Source: Octopus bimaculoides
Taxonomy: Eukaryota
Length of the DNA stretch: 64,000 nucleotides
Direction: 5' to 3'
Assembly (NCBI RefSeq): GCF_001194135.2
Contig: NC_068983.1
Location: 105,450,036 to 105,514,035 of the forward strand
Below the pieces are notes generated by a model. That model was not told the DNA's origin and ran no database searches. It was given only the letters and a program-made list of their open reading frames with translations. Made by a program: the position numbers and the translations under genes. Below, piece by piece: positions 12,631 through 24,339 of this stretch; the first letter of the stretch is position 1; every line of letters begins with the position of its first letter.

Positions 12631-15107
12631 AGTATGCTCAGTTATCACAGAGGTTTCCTCAATCAAGGTTAACTGGGAGTTAATTAAATAGCATCATCAT
12701 CATTGTTGTAATGTCCTCTTTTCCATTCCTGCACAGGTCAGATGGAGTTTATTGAGGCAGACTTTCTACAGTCGGATGTCCTCCTTGTTGCCAACCCTCA
12801 CTTGTTTCCAAGTAAGGTAATATTTCCACCTGATTGGACATGTTCTTGCAGAATATTGAAAATGAATGACACTGTATGACAGTGACAGTCAGTTATACCT
12901 ATTATACAATGTCAAGACAAGAGCACACACACACACAACTTAGTTCCGTACAATTCCCAGCTACCAAACCCACTTGTGAGGCTTTGATCAGCCAGTGCTA
13001 TAGAAGACACTTGTCCAGACTGAACCCAAGACTATATGGTTGGGAAGCAAGCCTCTCAACTACACAGCAATGCCTGCACCTGCCACACCTGCAGTTATGA
13101 AATATAGAAGTAGAAGTTTATTATCTACAAGAAAAAAGATAACCACAGTGAAAATATTTAATTATTCACACTTGAAACATGTCCAAGTTTATGGAGATAC
13201 AGTTGATCAGCCCACTTGAAATAACAGCAAAATATTCCTTAAATCACATCCTATCATTTTGAAAATGAAGGCCACATTGAATAATGTAAACCTGGATACA
13301 CTCTGTTTAAATAAAAAGTGGAGTAATCATAGCTGGTACATCTTTGAACATGATTTTTCTTGATCACAGATGACTCAAGGGCTAACAGTACCACCTTAAA
13401 TCCTAACTCTTCTTCAGCAAACATCAGTGAGGATTCTGAAAAGTCAAATCCACAAGTGACATTTTTTTGTTAATATATACACCTAACATCTGGCCTAGAC
13501 TGTTTGGATTTAAACAAAATTGCCATTCAAACTCCTGATCTTGCATATAAAATTGACACAAAGATTTAAAATTCTTAGTTACAAACTAGATCCACAACTT
13601 AATAATTAGATTGGCAATTTAATATTAGTTACTTCTTTTAAAGCAGGCATCAGTGAAACCATTTCACACCCTACCAATTTTGACATTCTTCAAGAATGTG
13701 CTGTTTGTTCGGAACCTCTTTTCTCTTCTATAGTAATGACTATCTTTTCATCATTTCAAGCCACACATTCCTAGTTATGATACATCCAAGAAATACCATC
13801 TTCTCAAAATCTTGACTACATTCCACTAGCCTTAAACACATCAGAAGGATCTTCATCCAATTCACTTTGGGATGAGCAGATTAATAGCAGTTAACACCAC
13901 CAAAACAAATATTATTTCACCAATGTGTAACTAATTATGTTTGAAATGTTTGAAAGATCATCTCATAACTAAACAACATTACACTCTCAAAGACAAAAAT
14001 ATCTGTATGTTCATCTGGGAGTCAACATTCTCAGGATTTTTAAAACTATTTCAGAGAGATTGACTTCTTTTCAGTAATTTATACCTGTTAGTTTCCATGA
14101 TACAAGGTCCAGATTTATCTCACCATTAAGAACTGTCTCCCTATTTTAATTGCTGCACCTGCTTCAGTAACTAGGGTATTAGATTGCACAAACCATCAAG
14201 CAGAATTGTACCTCTACCTTATCATCAATTCCTGCTACAAACCTCTACTTTATAAATCTTGCTGAATACTGTTCCTACTTCAATATGTTCTTTAAATCTC
14301 TTTCTCTCAACATATTAAACTCATTCAATCATCCTAAAGATACTATATAATGCAGGAGAATTCCAAGGAGCATTCTTCTTCAAACGAACAAATAAAGAAA
14401 CTTAATGTGAGTTTATAAAGCGTATCTTTTCTTTGTAAATTTGTAGTTATACTCTTCAATTCAGAGGAAAAAACAGTTCTAATAGCATGATGGTTTATTT
14501 CATTTGTTTCTCTCTTTTTAGACAACTAGTATTGCTTTCCATACATTATTACTCTATTAAACAGTTCCCATTTTTGATTACCAACAGCCAGTTTAGCTTG
14601 CTGACATATAATCTCTCAGACATATGCAGATCAAATTCATCTCATTTCTTTTTACTCTTAGCAAGACTTTCACTTCCACCACACTAATCATTAAATATCT
14701 TTAAATGCTTACATACTACTTTAAACAGCTAAGAGTATCCTTCCAAACAATAAATTCAAAAGGTTTATTTCTAGTAGCACCTATTGTAGAATAAACACAA
14801 GCTTAATAGTAGCAGTTTAATCATATGTGCATTCCATGTAAAGTACTTGTCAAAGTCACTTGGTCCAACACTTTTACATAGTAGCATATTGTGGTGTGAC
14901 GCAGGCTGATTTACCAAGGCAAATAATTATAATACTCGTAATTTTAACTGACTATAACCAAACAGTAGCCAACGTAATATGGAAATACTAATTAATACAA
15001 GATAACCTCTTTCTCCCAAATGCCAAAGACTTTAAGAAACAAAAATATTAATTATACAAGCTAGACATACAAATTATGATTTCATCATACAAAGAAAGTA
15101 GGCATTT

Positions 15108-15145
<38 letters not shown>

Positions 15146-15191
15146 GCATACTTTCTTTAATATTTTTGTGGAGGTGTGTGTNNNNNNNNNN

Positions 15192-15244
<53 letters not shown>

Positions 15245-15320
15245 ATATATATATGAAATGCATACTTTCTTTAATATTTTTGTGGAGGTGTGTGTTTGTG
15301 TATGTATATATTATATATAT

Positions 15321-15359
<39 letters not shown>

Positions 15360-15425
15360 CACAGACACACACACATAATTTGTATGCCTAGCTTGTATAA
15401 TTAATATTTTTGTGGAGGTGTGTGT

Positions 15426-15456
<31 letters not shown>

Positions 15457-15487
15457 CATACATACATACATACAAACACACACACAA
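15108..15487. repeat. (TA)n, (GATA)n, (CATA)n microsatellite cluster with a duplicated 50-bp segment around an N10 gap
   Basis: Seen directly; the duplication may be an assembly artefact. Confidence 0.9.
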
Positions 15488-15955
15488 ATAAGTGAATGTG
15501 TTAGCTACGCAAGTCATCTGTTATTGGTCCTTTTCTTGTCTAGACAATAAGTGGTAAGACTAAGTGGTGACAGTCATTTTCTTTAATGACTTTCAATTGA
15601 GCAAGTACAATAAAGTATAAGGGACAACGTAGTAGATGTAAAATTTTTACCTTCTACCAAAACACCCATATTATAATGAAAACAATATTAATTGATGAAT
15701 ATAAATTAAAACTATTGCACAAAATACTAATAGTCATTATTTTGCTCAAACTGTAAAGGCATTTTTAGTCTGGAGTTCGACTGTTTGAATCTAACTCAAC
15801 TCCTGCCCAGGATGATTTTACTTCTCCCACGATTAAAGAAGCATCACTATTTTTACTGGTATTATAGTATTAAAGGCAATTCAAATTACTATAACCTTTC
15901 CGGCAAAAACAAGCATTTATAATTTACTGAATTACTGGTTTGAGTAATTCATTTT

Positions 15956-15981
15956 TTATATACATACACATATATATATAT

Positions 15982-16050
<69 letters not shown>
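15956..16050. repeat. (TA)n(CA)n(TA)n microsatellite abutting a gap
   Basis: Seen directly. Confidence 0.95.
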
Positions 16051-17222
16051 NNNNNNNNNNNNNNNNNNNNNNNNNNNNNNNNNNNNNNNNNNNNNNNNNN
16101 NNNNNNNNNNNNNNNNNNNNNNNNNNNNNNNNNNNNNNNNNNNNNNNNNNNNNNNNNNNNNNNNNNNNNNNNNNNNNNNNNNNNNNNNNNNNNNNNNNNN
16201 NNNNNNNNNNNNNNNNNNNNNNNNNNNNNNNNNNNNNNNNNNNNNNNNNNNNNNNNNNNNNNNNNNNNNNNNNNNNNNNNNNNNNNNNNNNNNNNNNNNN
16301 NNNNNNNNNNNNNNNNNNNNNNNNNNNNNNNNNNNNNNNNNNNNNNNNNNNNNNNNNNNNNNNNNNNNNNNNNNNNNNNNNNNNNNNNNNNNNNNNNNNN
16401 NNNNNNNNNNNNNNNNNNNNNNNNNNNNNNNNNNNNNNNNNNNNNNNNNNNNNNNNNNNNNNNNNNNNNNNNNNNNNNNNNNNNNNNNNNNNNNNNNNNN
16501 NNNNNNNNNNNNNNNNNNNNNNNNNNNNNNNNNNNNNNNNNNNNNNNNNNNTCAACGTTTAAAAAATATTTTAAATATTTTTTTTGTAATTGAAATGACT
16601 AGGAAAAGAAAGAACAATGATAGAAATTCACATAACTAGCTCCCTGAAGCAATTCAATAGCATAGATAAATCAAACAATATAGTTACAGTAGCTATGCCC
16701 TTCATATTGCTTCATTCATTCAGTTTTTCAGAACATTTGTTTACATGTCTATTTTAATCCAGCGGTCGATTATAAGTAATAACATGGGTGTGACTGAAGA
16801 AAACAAACTGTTATCAAGTAATGCTTGTTATGTAATAATCATAGCAATGATGAATGTTAAAAATCAAAATACGAGCAACTGAGTCCCCTGTCTCTGTGTG
16901 CTTGAATAATTTAAAGCATAGACTAAATAAGAAGTGTTATTATCGTTTATATCGGAAATGACACATAATTAGAACGTTAAAGGGGAGACTGAAAATTTAA
17001 AGTAGACATTGAACATAAGAAAAAAGAACACGAGTATGAAAAGTGAATTAGTTTTTTAAAGAAAAATAAATAAATTTAACTTCGGCCCAGCAAACAAGTG
17101 CAGATGAAAGAGGAGAGACGAAAATATTTAGTGGCAATTAAGATTAAACATTATCGTGTTCTTACTTTTCGGAAATTAAATAACGGTTATATATTAGTGA
17201 AAAGAGCTGGAAGGTGTCTTAC

Positions 17223-17365
17223 CTACGGCTGCTCTCTGTCTTGAATATTTCGCTGATTTCTTTTAATATTTCGACAACCTTGTTCCAATCGGTATTTTTT
17301 TTTAATTCTGTGTCCAACTTACATGATAAGGAACGAATGTTGGCAGCCGCCGTGTCTGGGTCCAT
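17223..17365 (-). CDS. ATXN10: Ataxin-10 coding exon 1 (MDPDTAAANIRSLSCKLDTELKKNTDWNKVVEILKEISEIFKTESSR)
   Basis: ATG at 17365-17363 in good context (accATGG). Open 143 nt ending CGTAG|gtaaga (phase 2), joining exon 2 in frame. LKEISEIFKTESSR parallels human LRALTALFKEQRNR. Intron 1 is about 15.2 kb. Confidence 0.8.
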
Positions 17366-19440
17366 GGTAAACTCGTTGTTGGTTTACATATGTGAAGAAG
17401 ATATCGGCTTAAATATGAATATCTACAGCAGCTGAAATAAGTGCAATTTCGATTAGTGTTGTTATTAGTAAAACACTGATCAGTTTATGGTGTTGTTACC
17501 CGGGGTACTACTTGTAAGCATGGTAGAGCTCTCCACACTGCAAGATATTAAAGTTATATTTAGCATGAAATGAGACGTCAAAAAGTTAATTGTTTCTGTT
17601 TTATCATTATTGAACGTTATAATTCAATGCTAAAACTGTTTTTAATCTATACACAATATATATATACATATATATAATTTATAACACTTTAGTGTGCTAA
17701 TCTGTAAAAACATAACCTCATATATATTCACTTTTACACATTTAACTTCGTTTTAAAAGTTCCTGTGTTTGTGTATACATACAAATATATGTACATACAT
17801 ACAAACGTGTGGTTGTATGCACACAAACATGACAGTGCGTACATTACATAGATACCTTTTTATAACTTTATGGGTTTGTCAACTTGTTCAGTTGACAAAA
17901 CCATAAAACGATAAACAAAACGTATCTTTTTAAATTTCTTGTATATGTATGTGTGTGTGTTTTCAATTTTATTTTTACTTCAAACTAAAAACAGATAACA
18001 ATTCTTTAAAATGTTGAGGAAATTGTTTATGTATATCTGTTATCTGAGTTTTGCTATCAACTGCTAGACTGGATCAGCCTTTTGATGTTAGTAAATTGTC
18101 CCGGATCAGTTTTGGCGCTAGTCCAGTTTCGCATTACACTGAATTAATTCGCTTTTCATTTTAAATATTTCTCCTTTTCACTCTTTTTTTTTCTTTTTTT
18201 TAACACTTGAGGCTCTCAGTAAGCCACATAGCCTCCATATGTCACTCGCCTAGTAGAAATAACAGCGATCCATTCCTCAACATTTTCTTAATTTTAAAAT
18301 GACAGAAACAAATTACTGAGTGAAACTTATAAAATAGTGAAAACATTTTACCAAAATATATTTTCCACCGTTTAATATTGGTTCAAACAAATGAAAAGAA
18401 GTCGCGTGATCAACTAAAAATAATTTTTCGTCTCGGTAAGTCCATGTATAATATTTCTTGAGGGAGCTTTGACTGCTATGAGCAACAACACAGGATCTGT
18501 GGTTGTATGTGGTTGACAGAAAATGTAAAAAATAAAATTGTTTTTGTGAAAAGCGAAGCGTTCCAAAACTACAACTGTTACATGTAGTGTAAAACTGGAC
18601 GATTGATTGCCTTTCGCTCCCTTGCGATTTGTGTGACTATTTTAAAATCAAACTGGACTTACACTACTAATGATAAAGGGAATTGATTATTTATGCTTTT
18701 ACATTATAATATAAATAATTTTTTGACGAAACATTAAAATAACTAATGTTAATTCTCTAAATGAAGTATTAACAGTAACTGCACGATAAAGTGTAGTATA
18801 TTGCCACTTAAGTGTGCTATTCGTAATATAATCCTTTTTTTTTTTTTTTAAATTTCCCGCATATCTCAGGTTTAATATTTAGTTCAAACTGTAACATAAG
18901 ATTCTTACGTGGTGCGCTTCTCTTTGTGCTATGGTAGCAGTGCTACTNNNNNNNNNNNNNNNNNNNNNNNNNNNNNNNNNNNNNNNNNNNNNNNNNNNNN
19001 NNNNNNNNNNNNNNNNNNNNNNNNNNNNNNNNNNNNNNNNNNNNNNNNNNNNNNNNNNNNNNNNNNNNNNNNNNNNNNNNNNNNNNNNNNNNNNNNNNNN
19101 NNNNNNNNNNNNNNNNNNNNNNNNNNNNNNNNNNNNNNNNNNNNNNNNNNNNNNNNNNNNNNNNNNNNNNNNNNNNNNNNNNNNNNNNNNNNNNNNNNNN
19201 NNNNNNNNNNNNNNNNNNNNNNNNNNNNNNNNNNNNNNNNNNNNNNNNNNNNNNNNNNNNNNNNNNNNNNNNNNNNNNNNNNNNNNNNNNNNNNNNNNNN
19301 NNNNNNNNNNNNNNNNNNNNNNNNNNNNNNNNNNNNNNNNNNNNNNNNNNNNNNNNNNNNNNNNNNNNNNNNNNNNNNNNNNNNNNNNNNNNNNNNNNNN
19401 NNNNAAATTATAAATGGAGATTAAATACGCTTTACACCGC

Positions 19441-19665
19441 TTAAACTGCCAAAGGAGTAAGTATAAACAGCTGAATACTTGTCAGTGATTGGTTGAAATT
19501 ATCGAAATAAGACAATTTTTTACATGAAATAAATTCGAATACAAAAATTTTTTTCTGTTCTATAACACAAAATAGATAAGTATACGAAGTTTGAAAGTCT
19601 TTCGGTACCAAAAACACTACATAAAACATTAATGAAAACTGGTGCCCCCGTTTTGAACAAGATCC
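19441..19665. mobile_element. Right arm of a second copy of the 9089-9690 Merlin-like MITE (left part probably in the N-gap)
   Basis: About 200 bp closely matching 9496-9690 and ending ...actggtgcccccgttttgaacaagatcc. Confidence 0.85.
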
Positions 19666-19746
19666 AAAAGAAAAGTAAAAGTAGCAAAGAAATACTGTGA
19701 CAAAGTGAAGCATCTTTGGAGAAACTTTTTAAGTCATAAATAAATG

Positions 19747-19812
19747 AAAATGTAGTGGTCTAAATCCTTAAAACATTAAAAAAATGTAGTGGTCTAAATC
19801 CTTAAAAACATT
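19747..19812 (+). repeat. ~33-bp tandem duplication
   Basis: aaaatgtagtggtctaaatccttaaaa(a)catt twice. Confidence 0.9.
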
Positions 19813-20699
19813 TAAGATGATATAATCCTAGCTATAAAAAAAATGGTGGCTAAAGTGAGAGAAAAAGAAAATAAGATATAACGAAGTTTCTTTACAATAA
19901 ATAAAACTCATACTAAATGATTAAAACAACAAACAAAATATTTCGAAATTAATTCATCAACAGTCGCGAATGAAGCCTGTTCTATTTAAGATGTAAGATG
20001 AGCGTAAAAATATTTGAGATGTCAATATACCATTCTTCTGTTCAGTCCATTGGTCACTACTTTGAATTTTAGAAAACAACAGTCACCTTTATGCGCGAGC
20101 GCCTTTAATGTGAAGTCACAGAACGATGCACAGTACTCTCATCTAGAAAATTATCCCACCAACCGTGTTTATTGCACGAGTTGATTTTTTCCCAAACAAT
20201 CAACTGGGAAAAGTTGTCATTCTCTTTTATTAATAGATAAGTATAACTGATATCGCATATAAAATACCAGACTCAATAGAATTTCATTTCAGTTTGTGGG
20301 ACGAGTTTCTGTCACAAGCACTATCTCTGGAGCCTTCTATCGACACATCGAAAATTATTTGAGAATACTGGAATTGATTTAAAGCGGTGTTTTTGCAATT
20401 GGTACTGAAAAATCTAATGAGATGAGAGCTTTCAACAACAATCTTGAAAAAAACTGTATTTGTTGCTCATCTTTGGATTTATTTATGTTTATGTTAAAAA
20501 ATGATTCTTCAATATTCAAAAATGAGGTTTCAAATGTAAGACGTAAAGGGATTGCACAACTGTCATTATGCTTCACATAGCAAATATTGGTATGTTATCT
20601 TATTAATCGGATTATTAATTAAATACATGCAATGATAACATAAAAACCATTAAAATCGTGCAGTGTATTCATCTATTACTCGGAAAAGTACATTAATCG

Positions 20700-22345
20700 G
20701 TAAAAATGCTGAAAAATATAAGTAAAATGAAAGGAGGCGTTCTCAGAAGGAGGATTTGCAACTTATGGAAAGTTAGAGAGGGCGAGGTAGAACGGAGAGA
20801 AGGTAGATGTTTACGTTAATGAAATTAGGAGGATAGCAGGCTTAACAGGACTGCTACAGAAGGGTTCTGGAGAATTGCAGAGCTAGCATTTGTAACCGAT
20901 TTAAATAGCTCTTCAGTAGTTGCCTAGCTTAGATGCCATGGCCATGACTGAACTAATAGCTAGTGTTAAGATGCTGCCGTTGGCGACGAGGTGACAAAAT
21001 GCAAGCGAACATTTAATGGGCAGCGTTTCAAACATCGGAGGTTAGGCATGGTTCAAGAGTGTAATTATTTGATACATAGGATCTAGTCTTTATCATTCGC
21101 AAAATGACCCCCCCCCTTAATACTTTGCGAATGAAGAAAAAACTAGATCCGATACAGGTGCAATCATGTGGGCCATCTTGTAAAATACTGCACCAGAGAG
21201 GGAGAGAAAAAGGAGTTACTGCACCAGTTGCTTTCCCATCTATTCAGTAACGACACTCAAGAGTGATGGTGAGATATGTGAGGGGATCGGCAGCCCATCT
21301 TGAAACTAATTGTACCACAACGCTAGTCCCTCTGAGACTGGTTGACAAGTGGAGAGAGAAAAGCCAGATAAAAGAAATACACGGAAAGAAAATCACGTGC
21401 AGAAGTACAAGTAACGCAGGCGCGACTGGAACACTAAGTGATCACAATGGATCACATTACCGAAGGTGTTGACATAGTGATCGCATTGGATATAATTGGC
21501 ATGCTGGGAGGAAAGAGCGTCACGATCGACGTGGAAGGAGTGAAGTTTGGAATAGGTCAAAGTGCAGTGAATCGCAACCAGAGAATAAAGAAAACCCTGG
21601 CATTGAATAATGCAGGGAGCTACTACAAGAAGGATGGCGAGAAAGCTGAGTTCGAAAAAGAGATGGAAAGATGAATAGAGAAAAGCACTCAGGAGCCATG
21701 AGTAGAAAATGTGAAAATTCGGGCGCCGCTTTGATGGCGGTAGCTGAGCCAATAATGAACAAGGTCAGACCAGGGTTGGACTTTGGGAAATTGAATTGTA
21801 CTCTTTAATCGGAGTGGGTTTGTGGCTGAGATTTGCAAGGACAATCAGAGGAGTTGAATAGGATAAGAGAAACCACAAGTTCCTATATTGTTGGATAATG
21901 ACAATGTATTTAGACCAGAAGAACTAAAGGAAATACTGTATAAATAACACGTGAAGAGTTATTTCAGTATTACTGAAAAGACCAGTGGAAAGATAATACA
22001 AAACAATTAAGGCCTCGGCCAAAAATGAGAACATCTCGCCACTGGAAGCTATCTTCTGGCATGACACGTCACCCAGATCTGGACAGTGATGATAGTCAAT
22101 ACTACAAAGAGCCGCGTTTAATTGAATGGAGGCATTCCCAAGCTGTGCCGGTATTTCCTGAAGAAGTGCATTTGTATAAATTGAGTGTGGATTAAGCTAC
22201 CCCCNNNNNNNNNNGCAAGTTGGGGGAGGATAATCTCCAGTATGCGATCCCCGGCAAATGTGTCAGAGGACGAAGTTTCTCGATACATTCTAGACATATG
22301 ACGGGTAGTTAGTTCAACTAATGGTGAAGTGAACAATGAAAGACA
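20700..22345 (+). mobile_element. Decayed, internally deleted Ty3/gypsy LTR retrotransposon interior (gag, protease, 5' RT, integrase)
   Basis: Gag-like GEKVDVYVNEIRRIAGL (~20795); knuckle YRCNHVGHLVKYC (~21152); degenerate protease LETNCTTTLV (DTG-like, ~21300); RT NKVRPGLDFGKLN (~21758); integrase-like LLDNDNVFRPEELKEIL and SPLEAIFWH (~21890-22070). Many stops and frameshifts; RT C-terminus and RNase H are missing. Confidence 0.8.
21079..21150. mobile_element. 72-bp palindromic mini-transposon with GGATCT termini, inserted in the gypsy gag region
   Basis: Arms ggatctagtctttatcattcgcaaa / tttgcgaatgaagaaaaaactagatcc; flanks gatacata / gatacagg (6/8, candidate 8-bp TSD). Confidence 0.6.
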
Positions 22346-23390
22346 ATAATAGTAGGGTAATCAGACTGAATCTCTTCGACGATCACAATAATCTTTGTAT
22401 TCATGTATACATCTGCATATATGATAATGAGTAAAGAAAATACACGTGCGTATAGAAAATACATTTGCGTATCTTGTTTGTTTTGTGATTTTATATATTG
22501 ATATGGATTTATTTCCGCTTGTGTTTACATATGCGTCTAATACACTTGCATGGATATGGAGGATCGATAGAGTCGAACGACACACCCTCTTCGTAGCGCC
22601 GTGCATCATCATCATAATTATCATCATTAAAAGTTTGTTTTTCACATATTTGATGGCGGATCTATTTTAATAATTGAAAACTTGTCATATGTTATGGACA
22701 TGTGTGCATAAACTTCTCTCTTCCTCTCACTCACATTATGATATCCTTTGCACTATAGGTACGAGGCCTGCAATTTTGGAGGAAGGGTCTAGTCAATTAC
22801 ATTGATCCTAGTGCTTAACTGCTACTTATCTTATCGACCCCGAAAGGATAAAAGGCAAAGTCGACCTCGGCAGAATTTGAACTCAGAAGGTTAAGGCGGA
22901 CGAAATGCTGCTAAATATTTTGCCCGAAGTGCTAACGATTCTGCCAGCTCGCCATCTTAAACACATCCGCACACAATAATATCGTCATCGTTTAACATTC
23001 CTCTTTCTATACTGACATGGGTCGGGTGTTTCGATAGGAACTGACATGCCAGAGAACTGCACCGAACTCCAGTATCTGCTTTGGCATGGTTTCTATAGTT
23101 AGGTGTCCTTCATAAAGCGAACCTACTTTAGAGAATGTATTGTGAGTGTTTTTAGTGGTATCAGCATCAGTGAGATTACAAAGACAAGACTCCTCAACTA
23201 AGTGAGGTAAAGTATTGAAGGAGGTGAAAGAATGGTAGAAGGGCAGGAACGGATGTCTTGTGGAAGAGGTGAATATATAGCTTCTCCAGAGAGGGAGGGA
23301 GGGACAGAGATGGTGAGAGAGGACGTACCTTCAAGGTACAAGGCGCAAATGAGAAAGGATAGCCGCAGAGGAGCAGAAATTGGATAGGGA

Positions 23391-23454
23391 AATTCGCGAG
23401 CGTGACAGATGATTAGAGATCCCCATCTCTAATCATCTGTCACACTCGCAAATT
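23391..23454. repeat. 30-bp inverted repeat with 4-nt loop
   Basis: Arms 23391-23420 and 23425-23454 are complementary at 28/30; loop cccc. Confidence 0.95.
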
Positions 23455-24315
23455 GAGTTGGATCCAGTGAATATCAGTAAGTGGGTGGGGGAATATGAAG
23501 GAAATAGGAGTGGGTCAGAGACGAGGAGGAGATAATAAGGGACAATAATAGAGATACAATGTGAAGGTGTAGGGGAAGACATGGTATCATTTACAGTAAC
23601 TGAGTGTGTGTGTGTGTAATGTTTCCTTGACGTTACCTCCTTCCCTTCAACTCAGCGAATCTGCTGGCATTCCCCTCTTCTCACGCTCCCCATCTTGTCT
23701 CTCTCTCTCTCGCACGCGCTCCTCATCTCTGTCTTTTACTCATACTCTATCGCTAATTAACTAACTAATCCTACTTTATATTTATTTCAACACCAATCAA
23801 CATTTTCTTTTTCTCCGATGACGATTTCTACCTGAAACGTAAGATTTCTATTCCTCACAGCTTGAAATTTATTACACTGTTTCAACTATTTGTATTACCT
23901 CTGCTTACCTATAACATCCTTAATTTCCACTCATTCCACTGTTTTATTAAATATCGTAGCGTATTTTTGTCTGTCAATTTACTAATTCTCCCAATCCACC
24001 CACGTAAAAGGGCATAAATAAACTGCAAGGTATTTTGTCCGACGTTTTAATGATTCTGTCAATCTGCCATCGATATCAATGAACTGAACTCTGCTTAACT
24101 AGAACATCCTTAATTTCCACTCATTCCATTGTTTTACTAAATATCATAGCATAGATATCAATGGAACTCTAACTCAAAAGACTAATTTTGTCATGACACA
24201 TCTCAGAAATATGTAACGAATAGCTTCCAAATTTCTAAGCCAAGATTCGAAATCGAATCCACATTTTCCTACAAGTTCTCTTCCTAGTGTTCTCGCCTTT
24301 TGCACTAGGAAATTT

Positions 24316-24339
24316 ATGGCGTCAGCTGTTACGCTTAAG
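24316..24339 (+). CDS. HSD17B10: Candidate alternative first coding exon of HSD17B10 (MASAVTLK)
   Basis: ATG GCG TCA GCT GTT ACG CTT AAG|gtttca: phase 0, compatible with exon 2, and the peptide resembles MSTIALK. Acceptor ttctcttcctag| at 24287. The donor is weak. Confidence 0.35.

Noticed and set aside
15130-15300. 50-bp direct duplication around an N10 gap
   Set aside because: Typical unmerged contig overlap at microsatellites; likely an artefact.
2051-17222. SCA10-like (ATTCT)n repeat in an ATXN10 intron
   Set aside because: No ATTCT array seen; the human repeat is in intron 9, outside the region covered here.
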